The position numbers and the translations under genes are program-made. The notes under the pieces are model-generated. The model searched no databases. It was given only the letters and a program-made list of their open reading frames with translations, and was not told the DNA's origin. From Octopus vulgaris (Eukaryota): DNA of 64,000 nt. Where the stretch lies: positions 114,452,001-114,516,000 of the forward strand of contig OX597819.1 in assembly GCA_951406725.2 (NCBI GenBank). The letters run 5' to 3'. Numbering within the stretch: the stretch's first letter is position 1; the number at the start of each line of letters is the position of its first letter. Positions 51,994 through 64,000 of this stretch are shown in pieces.

Positions 51994-52989
51994 TATGTGA
52001 ATGTATGTAAGCTTACACATGCCTGTGTATGTGCATGTGTGTGTAAAAGCTCATGTGTACGTTTATGCTTCTGGGTATGTATTTTTTATGATTATATTTC
52101 ATGTGTGGATATACAATTGTATCTCATGGCTAGATTTATAAGAATGTTTAAAGTTATATGTGATACAATTCTATGGAATTTTTCTCAATGCATCTTTGTG
52201 CATGTGTGCATTAAATGTATGCATGCATGTTATTATTTAGCTTTATTTACCAATGGAGAAAGAACTGGTTTCTAACTTAGATTCAAGGTTCCTTCATTGA
52301 AATTTTAAAGAACGACTACATGTTTGTGTGCAATATTTAGTCATGTATGTATGTAGCAACATGGAAAATTGACATTAAATGATGTGATGATAATATATAT
52401 ATATATATTCCAATACACAAGCATGTACATATCAATATGAACATGAATACATGGGCATGTCCAATGTATGTGGATTCTATACAAAAAAAGGCAGTGATCT
52501 GGGAATGCATATGAATGTATCACCACCACCACCACCACTACCACCATCGTTATTAGCATTTTTACTTTCATTTTCTATGCTGGCATGGGTTGGACATTTT
52601 GATGGAATCCATGAATTGGGAGACCATGTCTTGCTGTAATGTCTTGGCTTTGGCATTAAGATCAGATGCCCTTCCTAACACCAACCACTTTACAAAGTGT
52701 ACCAGACAATTTTTTCATGGCTTCAGCATTGCACTAGTGAGGTTGCTATTTGATATTTCTCCAATTACCGCTCTCTCCATTGGACTTGTAAAAGTTCACT
52801 ACGATGCAACTATACCAGTCATCAGGTATGGTGCTTACTCCACCATATAATTTAACTGACTCAACATAAATATCTGAATGACACTGAACCTTTCAGGCGA
52901 GATGACAAAGGGCTGAGATGTCTGGCACATTGCTGTACTTAAGAAAACACATACTTTGAAGCAGAAGTGTTAAACTGGTCCTTCTGGTG

Positions 52990-53227
52990 TGAAAAAACAC
53001 CCATGGCAGTGCCTCATAAAAGTGCCCATGTGGTGCCATGTAAAAGCACCCGTGCAGTGCTACATAAAAGCACCCGGCACACACTGTAAAGTAGTCGGTG
53101 TTAGGAAGGGTGTCCAGCCATAGAAACCAAGCCAAATCAGACTGGAGTGTAGTACAGCTTCCCAGCTCTGGTCAAACTGTCCAACCTATGCCAGCATGGA
53201 CAACAGACATTAAATGATGATGATGAT
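52990..53227 (+). mobile_element. SINE family A 3' part with (GAT)n tail
   Basis: Short AAAAGCACCC units, GTTAGGAAGGG..CCAGCCATAGAAAC..CCAGCATGGACAACAGACATTAAATGATGATGATGA. Confidence 0.8.
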
Positions 53228-53399
53228 ATACATGTTTGATTAATGTGCATGTGTTGTGAGTAGAGATGTGGATGCTTGAATAAATCCTCCATAGGATTTG
53301 AGCCAAAATACTTAATGACATAATAGCAGGAAATGAATAATTTATTTTTATTTATATTTCGTAGCTGGGCTCAAAACTTTTGGCACAAACCCCCGTATA

Positions 53400-53444
<45 letters not shown>

Positions 53445-53449
<5 letters not shown>

Positions 53450-53680
53450 TAATCCAAACAAGAAAACAAAAAAACAACAACGCAAGGATATGGAACAAAT
53501 AAAGTATTATTGGACGCACACACAAAGAAGGGAAGAAAGAGGGTTTGACGTTTCGAGCGGACACTTCACAACACATAGGAGAAAGAAACATCCCGAGACG
53601 GGAGGACAGAAAAAAAAAATAGCAGGTAGTCTACACGAGGTCACATACTAAAAAGACGGAAGTGGTCACACACAGGAAGG

Positions 53681-53684
<4 letters not shown>
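53445..53684 (-). mobile_element. Short element between (TA)n tracts with half-preserved hammerhead motif; probable Penelope-like pLTR
   Basis: Minus strand 53576-53541: TGTGTTGTGAAGTGTCCGCTC-GAAA-CG-TC-AAACCC. Same architecture as 3965-4151. Confidence 0.55.
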
Positions 53685-53724
<40 letters not shown>

Positions 53725-54859
53725 GTGGTAAAAAGTTTGCATCCCAGCCACATGCACTCTGGTTCAATTCCACTGCATGGCACCTTAGGTAAGTATCTTT
53801 GGTAGATGGAAACTGCCTGTGTGTGTCTTTTTTCTTGCCTTGATTTCATGTAATTGTTGTAAATGAATGTCACTATTCTGCAAGGAGTGTCATTTATTTC
53901 CAATCTTCTGTGAAAACATGTCTGGTCATGAGGAGCATTATCATACTTGAAAACAAGTGAGGGTTGATGACACGAAAGCCATCCAGCAGCAGAAAATCTG
54001 CCTTGACAAATTCTGTCCAACCAATGCAAGCATGGAGAAGTGGGTGTTAACCAATGATAATGATATACACACACACACACAAATGCATGTATAAACACAC
54101 ATGCAAGCACACACATACACAATAATCATTCATCATTTTTATGCCCATTTTTCAAACCAAATTCAATGGTCAGATGTCCTTCCTGAAACCAACTTTATTT
54201 GTCACCTTTTACAAAATGCAGAGGTAGAGTTTATCTATTTTAAAAACTGTGATAGACACTGTTAACTATATCTGTGTGTGTAAGCATGTATACACATGCA
54301 CACATGCTTATAAATGCAAGCATTTATAAACATAAACACACATATACATACATGTGTGTGTGTGTGTGTCTGGTTACATACAAATGTAACCATACATACA
54401 CATACATTTGTAAACACAAAAGCATATCTATGCAAGCATATGCATGCACACGTACACACACTATATTTCTGCATTGACTTTCATGTATTCTTGCCCAGGA
54501 AGACTGGTTTCATTATCGATTCCCACTGGACTAATTCTTTAAAGAAAGAAGTGAAGATCAATTTAAAGATTTTTATAAATCTACCACACCTAATCAGTGC
54601 TGCAGAGAGTAAACTGATGACATCTTTGTTCCATATTGCAGCTAAGTAGCTAAACTGCACAGTTTTCAATTTGTAGAACTATCCAATCATTATTTGCGAA
54701 AAAATGTTGCATGTTACAATTAATAAAAGGAATGGCATATAAATTTGTAAAAGTGTATGAAAAATTAGTCAATGATTTGTGAGAATCTTCAGACAAGGTA
54801 AGTAGCTTATGAACTCCAACTATTATCATCCAATTAAATCAGTTTTTCTGAAAAAACAT

Positions 54860-55440
54860 ACCATGAAAGTATGTGCTAACATTATCATCCAGTTTATCAA
54901 CCCAGAAGTACACCTCAGCAAAATCTACATCTTAGTTCAAATTTAAACATCAATTTAGACTGCATCACAAAGACTGACCTTCTTTAGAAGCCATAAATAT
55001 TTTAAGCCCCCAAAACTACTAACCATAATAAAGCTCAGGTGAGATCCACAATGGGGTACTACTCTGATATTTGAGATGGTGCTGCTACTATACACTCAGA
55101 TATCTTAGACTGATCCAAAGAAAGGTCACTAGACTAATTGGCATGAATTTGTCTACCAACTCTCATCAACTTCAGATGCACAGATGTGCTCCTCTCATTG
55201 AATTTTCTACCACTACAATAATAGCCTCTGCTCCACAGAGGCTATTATTGTTCCACATTCAGGAACTCCTGAATCCAAGTTCCTCGTCACCTAAATTGTG
55301 TCTCTCCATTCCCAGACCCTAAATTAATCGCTATACTCAGGTCTTCCTATCCAGGACATTGGCTGCCCAGAATTCCTGTTTTTGATTTTCCTGCAACCAT
55401 TGACTTGTAACTATTTAACAGGGACATTAACAGTACCTGT
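54860..55440 (+). pseudogene. L2/Daphne-type LINE ORF2 3' remnant
   Basis: Pieces KAQVRSTMGYYSDI*DGA and IQRKVTRLIG match the YKAQ.RP.MEY.S.IW.G...LD.IQ.K..RLI motif. Confidence 0.7.
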
Positions 55441-55959
55441 CTCCCTAGTATTGGAAGGTATGAGAAGACCATGTACTTAGCTTTTTCTTCAAATACAAAC
55501 CAATTGAAAAATATATACTTCCTAGCTCCAAGCAGCTCTTCAGCTCAATTCCTTCTTTCTTATTCTTTTATTTCTCTTTGTTAACAACATGGGTTGTTTG
55601 ATGTTTAGTGCTATGTCAGTTCAGAACAAACATGCCTATGGCACATCTAAGTGCCATCCATAGATTCACTGCTCCAAATATGACATTCATACTTTCACCT
55701 AATAGAGGACAACGCTGTCAACCTCAGTGTGGGTGGTTTATTCTATAGGATGCAGTGTGGCACTTTGAACATCATGCTCTCTTTTCACTCTTCAACTGTC
55801 CAGCTTGCTTTTGTAGTCAAGGAGGAACAACAACTAAATCTCCTTCCAGCTACACACTGTGGGCTTATAAATAATGGCATATTCTTGAGTTTTGGCAATA
55901 AGCAGTCAGTTGTTTAATCAATTAAATTAAAGTTGTTTGATCAAATGCATGGAGTGTCT

Positions 55960-56290
55960 AGGTGGGGAGTATCCCTGATAGGGAAAATGAGATGCGCTTT
56001 GGAGTAGGTTGTCTGCTTTGGTCCTCATCTGATACCCAGTACTCACTTGTGGCTTCTTGAGGCTGTCTGCATGCAACAGCAGCCACACCCTGGGCAACGG
56101 CTTCCTCAGGCTGACTAAACCATGGTGAAGGTAGCCAACAACATTCAAACCTTTGGTGACCTAGGGCTTGTCTATCTATGCATATGAAGGCTGGACCCGC
56201 CAGACTGTGCAGAGGAAACCACCAGATTGGTTCAACAGACAGAAAGATAGATCAGCAAATGCTGTGGTGCATGAACAGGACACAGTGAGA
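55960..56290 (+). mobile_element. RTE-type retroelement 5' UTR remnant
   Basis: GC-rich CACTTGTGGCTTC..CAGCAGCCACACCCTGGGCAACGGCTTC..GACTAAACC..GGTAGCC..CAAACCTTTGGTGA, resembling RTE 5' UTRs as I recall them; not searched. Confidence 0.5.
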
Positions 56291-57863
56291 CATGAAGGAC
56301 CAAATGAAAAATTACTGCAGAAATAGCTGAGTATTCCACACATATCTTTAATGCAAATTTAAGACTGAATCAGTGTCACAATGACAAGGATGGACATTTA
56401 AATTACTTGTACAACCCAGAGAGAGAAAGGGAATAGGAAGGAAGAAGAGGGAGAAAGGGAAAGAAATAAAGAAGAATTTAAGTACTTGAGTGGTAATTTA
56501 TTGACTTCAGAATAGATGAAAGGCAAAGATAAAAGTTGAGTTTGGCAGTACATTGCTGCGAGCTAAAATGAATATGAGACACTTTAATGGTTCTGCCTAG
56601 AAACTGTGTCTGACTTACAGGATACTATATAGTCCTGACATTATGCCCCACAAAAGATGGGTCGGTCATTCAAGGAATGTAGGTTGAGCAATGAAAAGCC
56701 AATGCAGAAAATATGATCAACATGTAAATCATGCATGAAACAAATTCCAACTCCCAATATGCTGCTTGGCTGAGAAGACTGACAATTCTCATTTGCAATG
56801 TTTTTTTTTAATATATTTTTGTATTTATATTCTTGTCTATAAAGAAGATTTCACATGATTTTAAACATACATAGTCCTAATTACAATTAGAAGTAGGCTT
56901 AATGTGAAATGTTATTCCCCTCTAGAATGTGGTGTAAATGAATTCAAAGATTCATCATGATCATTTTAGCATCCATTCAGGTTCAGAGAGAGTTTATTGA
57001 GGCAGATTTTCTATGGTTGGATGCCTCTCTTTTCACCAACCCTCACCTATTTCCAAGGATGGTAATATTTCTCTATGCAAGGCATGTTTTTCACAAAAGA
57101 TTGGAAATCATTGATTTTGCTCATATGACAGTGACAACTATTTACAGCTACCATGCAATGTAAAGACAAAGAATCACATACATACATACATTCACATATG
57201 CACATGTACACAAATGCACACACACCTATATATATATATATATATATATGATGGGCTTCTTAAAGTTTCTATCTATCAAATCCACTCACTGGTCAACCCA
57301 GTGCTATAGCAGAAGATACTTGCTTAAGGTGTTATGCAGTGGGACTAAACCTGAAACTATGTGGTTGGCAAGCAAACTTTGTAACCATACACCCATATCT
57401 GCACCTAGGACAATGCTAACAAAAATATCAACTTTCATGCTAACTCATTTTACACTAATAACATAATCCTACATTCCTCAACTCCCTTTTTGAACACAGG
57501 TTTTGTCAATATGCAACCTCAACACTCCAACTTCATCTCTCATAAATAGATATTCTGAAAAGAGAACTTGCAATTCAGTTTTTTTTTTATATCATAATTC
57601 TAACATATATTCCAAGGAAACAAATGCTACAATACTATATTCCTCATACCTATGAACAATAGTCCAGTTAAAATCATCAAATTCTCTAACCCTAACAATT
57701 CCTGATAACTTATACAGATCTCACCTTGAAATCAATACTTTTGTAAACCTACTCTACCCATCTCCTCTCCTCCTATCATGCTGCCATGTCTCTCTCTCTG
57801 GGTTCCTTATAAAAGGTTTCATATTTGTTTCCTTCCCAAGGACTGCATCATCATTCTGGAACT

Positions 57864-60462
57864 CCCTTCCCAGTCATATGCTTACATTGAAATTGGCATT
57901 TAATTTACATACACTTGTGTATACTTCCAGCATATAAACACCTTTTATGCACTCTCTTATCAATTTATTATAGAACAAGAGGGAAAAATGAATCACATGT
58001 GAAATACGCTTATAAACAGATTAACCATTCTTTCTGCCTGATGATTCATGCTAAAACTACACTGTTATTGGTGAAAATATTGTGCAACAATAATGCTTAT
58101 AATAATTAACCTCCTTACTCCTGAAAATCTGGCAGTCAAAGCTATGTAGAAATAACAAAACGAATTGGCCCATACAAGTATTTGCTGTGCTGAGACCATT
58201 TATTGATTGAATGTTTCCATAATTCCAAGAGGAATCATTTGGGTGGTCATGGTATGTATTACAAGTGAGAAAGGCTGTGACCTGACAGAAATAATGTAAT
58301 GCAAAGCATAATAGTTTAGAGTGTCTAATTGCATCTTGCTTTATCTCTGCATTCTCATTTCATACTTTGATAGGGTAGAATTTGTCATTAATGATAATTA
58401 CTATTGCTATTTTTAGAATGATGAATGGTAGAATCAATGGCAACCTTTGCAGTATTTGGTTTCATTCTTTAACATCACAAGCTAAAATTTTACTGACATT
58501 GACTTTATCCTGAAGTTTTCCAAGATTGACATAGCGAAAGAAGTAAGTTGGATTTAATCAACTAAAACCACACTATACATATGAACCCTTGTGTCAGTAT
58601 AAAAGATCATTCTTCTTCTTATTATTATTATTATAACTGTTGTTATCTTTGCAATTGTTAGTTGCAGAAAATATTAAAGTGCAAAACTAAATCAAACTAA
58701 ATACTCTGTGGAATTTAGTTATGTCCCTATAAAATCCAAGTCCAAATTTTTTCATGATTGAATGTCGTCTTTTCTATGAGGATCAATAAAATAAGTACCA
58801 ATTGATTTCTGTGGCCAGTGGATAGTGATGGGGAAAACTGTGCTGTAGTGTTTAGTTACTACTCTTTATATTTCAAGTTTAAATTCCACTAGGTTTGAGT
58901 TTGTCTTTTATCCATCTTGAGTCAATAATATAAGTACCAGTTTAATACTGAGGTTAATTAAAATTATGGTGCCAAGCCCTCCAAATTAGTGGTTGTGATA
59001 TTCCCTTTATTCCTCCAAGATTGATCTAATAATACGTGTAGCATACTGAACATACATCAAGTGACTATGACTTCTTGTGCATGTTGAGTTTGTTATTGAT
59101 AAAGAGAAATTCAACTTAACATATGTTGGATGAGAAATAACAAGCATATTTATTTGTATATTTCTACCTCATGAGGTCTAAACTCACCATAGTCAGTTAT
59201 TGATTGGCTGCTTACCTAATGCCAAGAGGAATCATTAGGGTGGTCTTCATATGTATTACAAGCAGGAAAGACTGACTTGGTAGAAATAGCATAATACTAG
59301 GCATAATAGTTTAGAGCATGTAATTGTATCTTTCAATATCTTTACAATCTCAGTTCATATTCTTTCTAGATAAAAAATATCAGTAATATAATGGATTAAA
59401 TTCAATCAACCACACCCCTTCCTTATCGGCAGTATCGAATCAAAATGAATTAAATCCTGCCAAGCTTAAAGATGGCAGGATCTGAAACCTGCCCAATAGA
59501 AAATAATCTAACTGATGTTGATTTTGTCAACATCAGTGGAATTTGAACACAAAACATTTAAGAATCATAACCAAACACTGCAAGGGATGTTTTTCTAGCA
59601 CTCTACTGATCCATACATTCACTACCATAGAAATAATAATAACAATGATAATTACAATAAATTCATTTCTAACTACTATTCCTTTCTTCCTTCCCAGGAG
59701 GTGTGCTACCTGGAATTTCCTTCCTACCAATGCTTCCTACAAACTTCTACTTACAGATGTTCAAAATGAATATCAATTGTATCTATCTCGCCAGTTTCAG
59801 AGAGCTTGCAAATATGAGTATTTACCCCATTCTAAATCATTAAAACCATATCTAGAATATTTGGGTTTGAATAGAGTAACCCACAGTGAAAACACACAAG
59901 ATACATTTCATTTACATTACAACAAGAGAACTCAAAGAAAGGTGTCTGGGAAACGACAAAATACGGCAGAATTAACATTGTAAAGGTAGAGTAAGAAGTA
60001 ATTAAATACTCAAATCCATTAAGCCAAGCATTATGCTGTAACTACCAACTCACTGCATTTTCCACTTGTTGCAATGCTGAGAGCACCCAAATGATTCCTC
60101 TTGGAATTATGGAAACATTCAATCAATAAATGATATCAGCACAGCTAATACTTGTATGGGCCAATTTGTTTTGTTATTTCAACATTGCTTTGACTGCCAG
60201 ATTTTCAGGGGTAAGGAGGTTAATTATTATATGCATTGTTGTTGCACAATATTTTCATCAATAACAGTGTAGTTTTAGCATGAATCATCAGACAGAAAGA
60301 ATGGTTAATCTTTTATAAACATAATTCACATTGATTCATTTTTTTCTCATGTTCTATAATAAATTGATAAGTGTACACAAAAGGGTGTTTGTATGCAGGA
60401 AGTATAGACAGGTGTATGTAAATTAAGCATGAATTTGGAAGTAAAAATGTGACTGGGAAGGG
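57864..60462. repeat. Inverted duplication, ~380-bp arms, ~1.84-kb spacer, plus a third partial direct copy
   Basis: 57864-58245 is the reverse complement of 60084-60462; 58224-58345 recurs in direct orientation at ~59222-59360. Confidence 0.9.
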
Positions 60463-62839
60463 TAGTCTTTAGGAAAGATGAATATATAGAGGGGACTCAT
60501 GCAATACAGAAATGCTTACTAATTACTATTGTTATTGGTTAAATAGCCACAGTCATGCAGATTTGTTGATGCTATAGTTACTGGTATTGTGGAGTAGTAA
60601 ATCTTCAAACTAAACTTTTAATAATATTTAGATATACCGTATATGTACTGTGTTCAAAACCTACCAAGATCTTGTATCAATAAAGTAAGTAGCAAGCATA
60701 TATTTGAGTCAAATGATTTGACCATACTCCTTCTCTAAAAAGTTGTGACCTTTTTCAATGTGAGAAATCATAATTGTTATTACTTTTGAGGATCTCAACT
60801 AATTCTAATCAGTTAGACTCTGCACTAACTAATATTCCCTTCAGGATATCAACTCTGGAAATTCCTTTCCATCTACATTTTTCCTGCAGACTTCAAAGTG
60901 GACAACAACTGTACCAGTCTCACCAGTTTCATAGGGCCTGTAAAGGTCATGAACACTTCCTATTTCCCAAACCATTAAGAAGTATATTGGATAGCTTCAA
61001 TCAATAAGATGATAGAACATTTGGGTTTGAGCAGCCTGCAGAGAAAATACTTAAATTGCATTCAAGTTACAACAACAGTATTTCAAGAAAGTGTGTCAGG
61101 GGGAACTCAGACCAAAAATAGTCACAGAATTGACTTAATAGGATCGAGGTTAATACAGGAAATGACAAAAATGTTGGGCGGATTAAAGTAGACCAATCAT
61201 GCAGAAAATCACCCGCTGGTATCAGTATAGATAACATTTATTAAAACTAAGAAGCTCTTTTCTATTTTTCTCTTTCTTGTAATTTTATCAATATTCTACC
61301 AAAACTAGGTCTGGCTACTATCCAAGGGAAAAAGGCATTGGAAAATTCAGTTAAAGTTGAATATATATAGAAATAAATAATTGCAGTACAAAGTGATTAA
61401 AATACAATGTTTTAACTGTTTTGTGACCATATTTCTTATAAAATACTGTTTAAATCTTTCCATTAATTTTGAAACAAGTCAACAAGGGGGCTTCTATGGA
61501 AATTTTTTCAAAATTTGATCTAGTGATTAAAAAAAATAAGACACTGAACAATGTAGTCTTAAATATTTGTAAAGAAAGAGTGATCACAGCTGGAATGCCT
61601 TTGATCACAAGTCTGTTGGGCTAGAGCAGACCTGATGTCAATGCTGCTTTAAGGCATGGGTACACTGGGAAGTTAGCCAGGGGCATCACAGGTCTAAGGC
61701 TCCAATTCTGATCTAAGTATGCTGCAGCTTGTTGTCAATAAATAAATACTATAGGGTCAAGTGCACTGATATGTTCAGGGCCTAGAATGCAGTTAAGATG
61801 GGCCTGCCTAGGGTTAAACAATAGTCAATTTTTAAAATAATCAAGAGTCTGGTTGGATTTAGTAAAATGACAAACTGAACCCTTTAAAATGAGAAGTTTT
61901 ATAACATAGCATGAGATGCATTTTCAGATACATTGGTATCAAGTGTTAAGTGATTAAATTTGTCATGAGTTCAAACCTTGCCAGGCTCATTTTTATTGTA
62001 CCTTTTGATTTAAGCATATAACTCTACTATATTATTTTTCCTGGTGCATCTACCTGGGAAATAAGTACTAAATCAGAATCAAAAATGGTCAGATGAAGAA
62101 GGCATCAAATAACTGTTGAAGAATGATATATTTAAAAGATCTCTCTTCATAGAAGCAGTGCAGATCTGGTATGATGTCCGTTTATGTTACTTGCAAATGA
62201 TGTTTGTGTGTGAAAAGAGGAGTACAAGAAAAAAAAAAACAGGATGGTCTGTTTTTTAATTGTAGATCTGTTTAATTAAATAGTTTAATCAAATACAATA
62301 AACATATTGAAGAATATATTTAATCTGCATTCTGCTTTCAGTATTTATATTTAGTCATTCCACTCTCATATTACTGATACCAATGAAAAATGTATGAACA
62401 TTACATACTTTCATTCTCTCTTGTCTATAAATCAGAAATCTAGTGGCTAAACAAAAAATCAATATATTTCTGTATCTAGAACAACAGAAAGTGAAAAAGA
62501 AAAGATTGTTACAAAATAAACAAACAAAAGAGTTTATGCACATGTAAAAACTGGGAGATTAATGAAACAAAAGATCGTTGGTTGATAAATATTAACCAAA
62601 TTAACCTCAGTTCGGCGTAACTATTATTTTCATAATTACACTGAGACCTCAGGAAAGGTAAGGTTACTTAATATACTGCCAACTAACTAGCTGAAATCTT
62701 AAAACAGTTCTACAATTAAAAATTATAAACTTTACACTTAAAATTAAATTGTAATGTGGGTTTTACTTCACATTTGAAATAAAGTTACTTTTTTACTTCT
62801 TTTTATTGTTTTGAGCTGGAGGAAGGTATGCACCCACAG

Positions 62840-63175
62840 TCCTTTCAGACCTTCCCTTACTAGTGGAGTTTATATGGTTCCTTTTTTCCTTTGAACAGTT
62901 GCAAGTCAACAGCTGTAGAGAAAACATGGGCAGGGAGGGATTCCAGAGGGACAATACTCTGGGAAGGTAGGGGTGATCATAAGAGTTGGTGCACTACTTA
63001 AGGAGCAAAAGACAACATATAAACCGAGAGGAAGAGAGACAAGTGACTTGGGAATGTTTGAGTGAAGGTGGCAGGAGACCAACTTGCTCAAAGAAACCGA
63101 GCTCAATGCAGAAGTGGGAGGAAAGGCAAGCAGAAGAAACAGCACATGTGTGGGCTGGAAATTGGAATGTGACGG
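62840..63175 (-). pseudogene. L2/Daphne-type LINE ORF2 3' remnant
   Basis: Minus-strand pieces AHTCAVSSACL, LPRVLSLWNP and TAVDLQLFK fit the L.HRR.V...PR...LWN.LP...L..FK C-terminal motif. Confidence 0.65.
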
Positions 63176-64000
63176 CAAACAATTTTATGCTTGAGAGTCA
63201 AGAAGCCATTTTTGCAAACAGCTTATTAAGAGAAGGTGGAAGATACATAGTTGAAAATAATCAAATAAATAATATAAAATGAAAATAATCAAATGATATA
63301 TACAAGGAAAAGAAGTGTGGAGATGGTGCTAAGATCTAAAATAAAACAAAAATTTTAAAAAAGCAATAATTTGAGTAAATTAAAATTTTTGTTTTTAATC
63401 ATTTAACCAAGAGCCCTAAGGTGAAACATTTAAATTATACAAGTAAAATACAAATTCCATGAATTCAAGTAGCAAATGGAGCCAGTTACTTGATCTTTTA
63501 GGTTCACAGGCATTTATGGATGAGAGATGAGATATAGTGACTTTTCCCCTCAGAAAATCTCCAATATATTTCTGATAACCAAGGCAATGCTCAACTAAGA
63601 AAGAAAATGCTTGCCATTGATTTGAACTGATGAATATTAACATGAATCACTTATCCATCCACTCAATGACTTCAAGAAAAAAAAAAGATGTATCTTCCAG
63701 AAAATAGTTGTAGTTCCTTCTTAAACTATAATTCATCCCCTATCAAGAAAAGGCTTAGTCAAAAGCATTTTAGCCATGAATTCTATTTACCGTTTTTTTA
63801 TACTTTTCCTTTCATATTTCTTCAGCTGATGTGATATGAAAGGGAATTAGTTGCTATCTTTGGGAAGCTAGGTGATCATACAGAGATCCATTGTTGGCAT
63901 GTTCAGAAAATAAGGAGATGATATTGGAGAAAGAAGAAAGTAGAGGGAAGATTGAAGTATTCATTCCATGGAAAATAGTAGTGAAATAGATAAAATAGTT

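Overview
AT-rich, microsatellite-dense animal DNA with no supportable complete protein-coding gene. Nearly all listed ORFs are artefacts of (CA)n/(TA)n/(TACA)n repeats or SINEs. The SINE repertoire (tRNA-derived heads, a CORE-like domain, (GAT)n/(ATT)n tails) looks like an octopus/cephalopod genome; this is my inference, not verified. The window is probably a large intron or intergenic region. It holds at least four SINE families; remnants of R4/Dong, CR1, RTE and L2/Daphne-type LINEs; an internally deleted Gypsy LTR element with a TSD; Helitron, pogo and piggyBac-type DNA elements; and several long inverted repeats. The most notable signal is a set of type I hammerhead-ribozyme motifs in short non-coding elements (best at 40707-40775 +, then 18648-18692 - inside a 163-bp-arm palindrome; weaker at 4052-4092, 53541-53576 and 17899-18032), suggesting several Penelope-like/retrozyme families. 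Also notable is an inverted duplication at 57.9-60.5 kb with an indel-free, ~95% identical core. All alignments and folds were done by eye, and the boundaries of decayed repeats are approximate.
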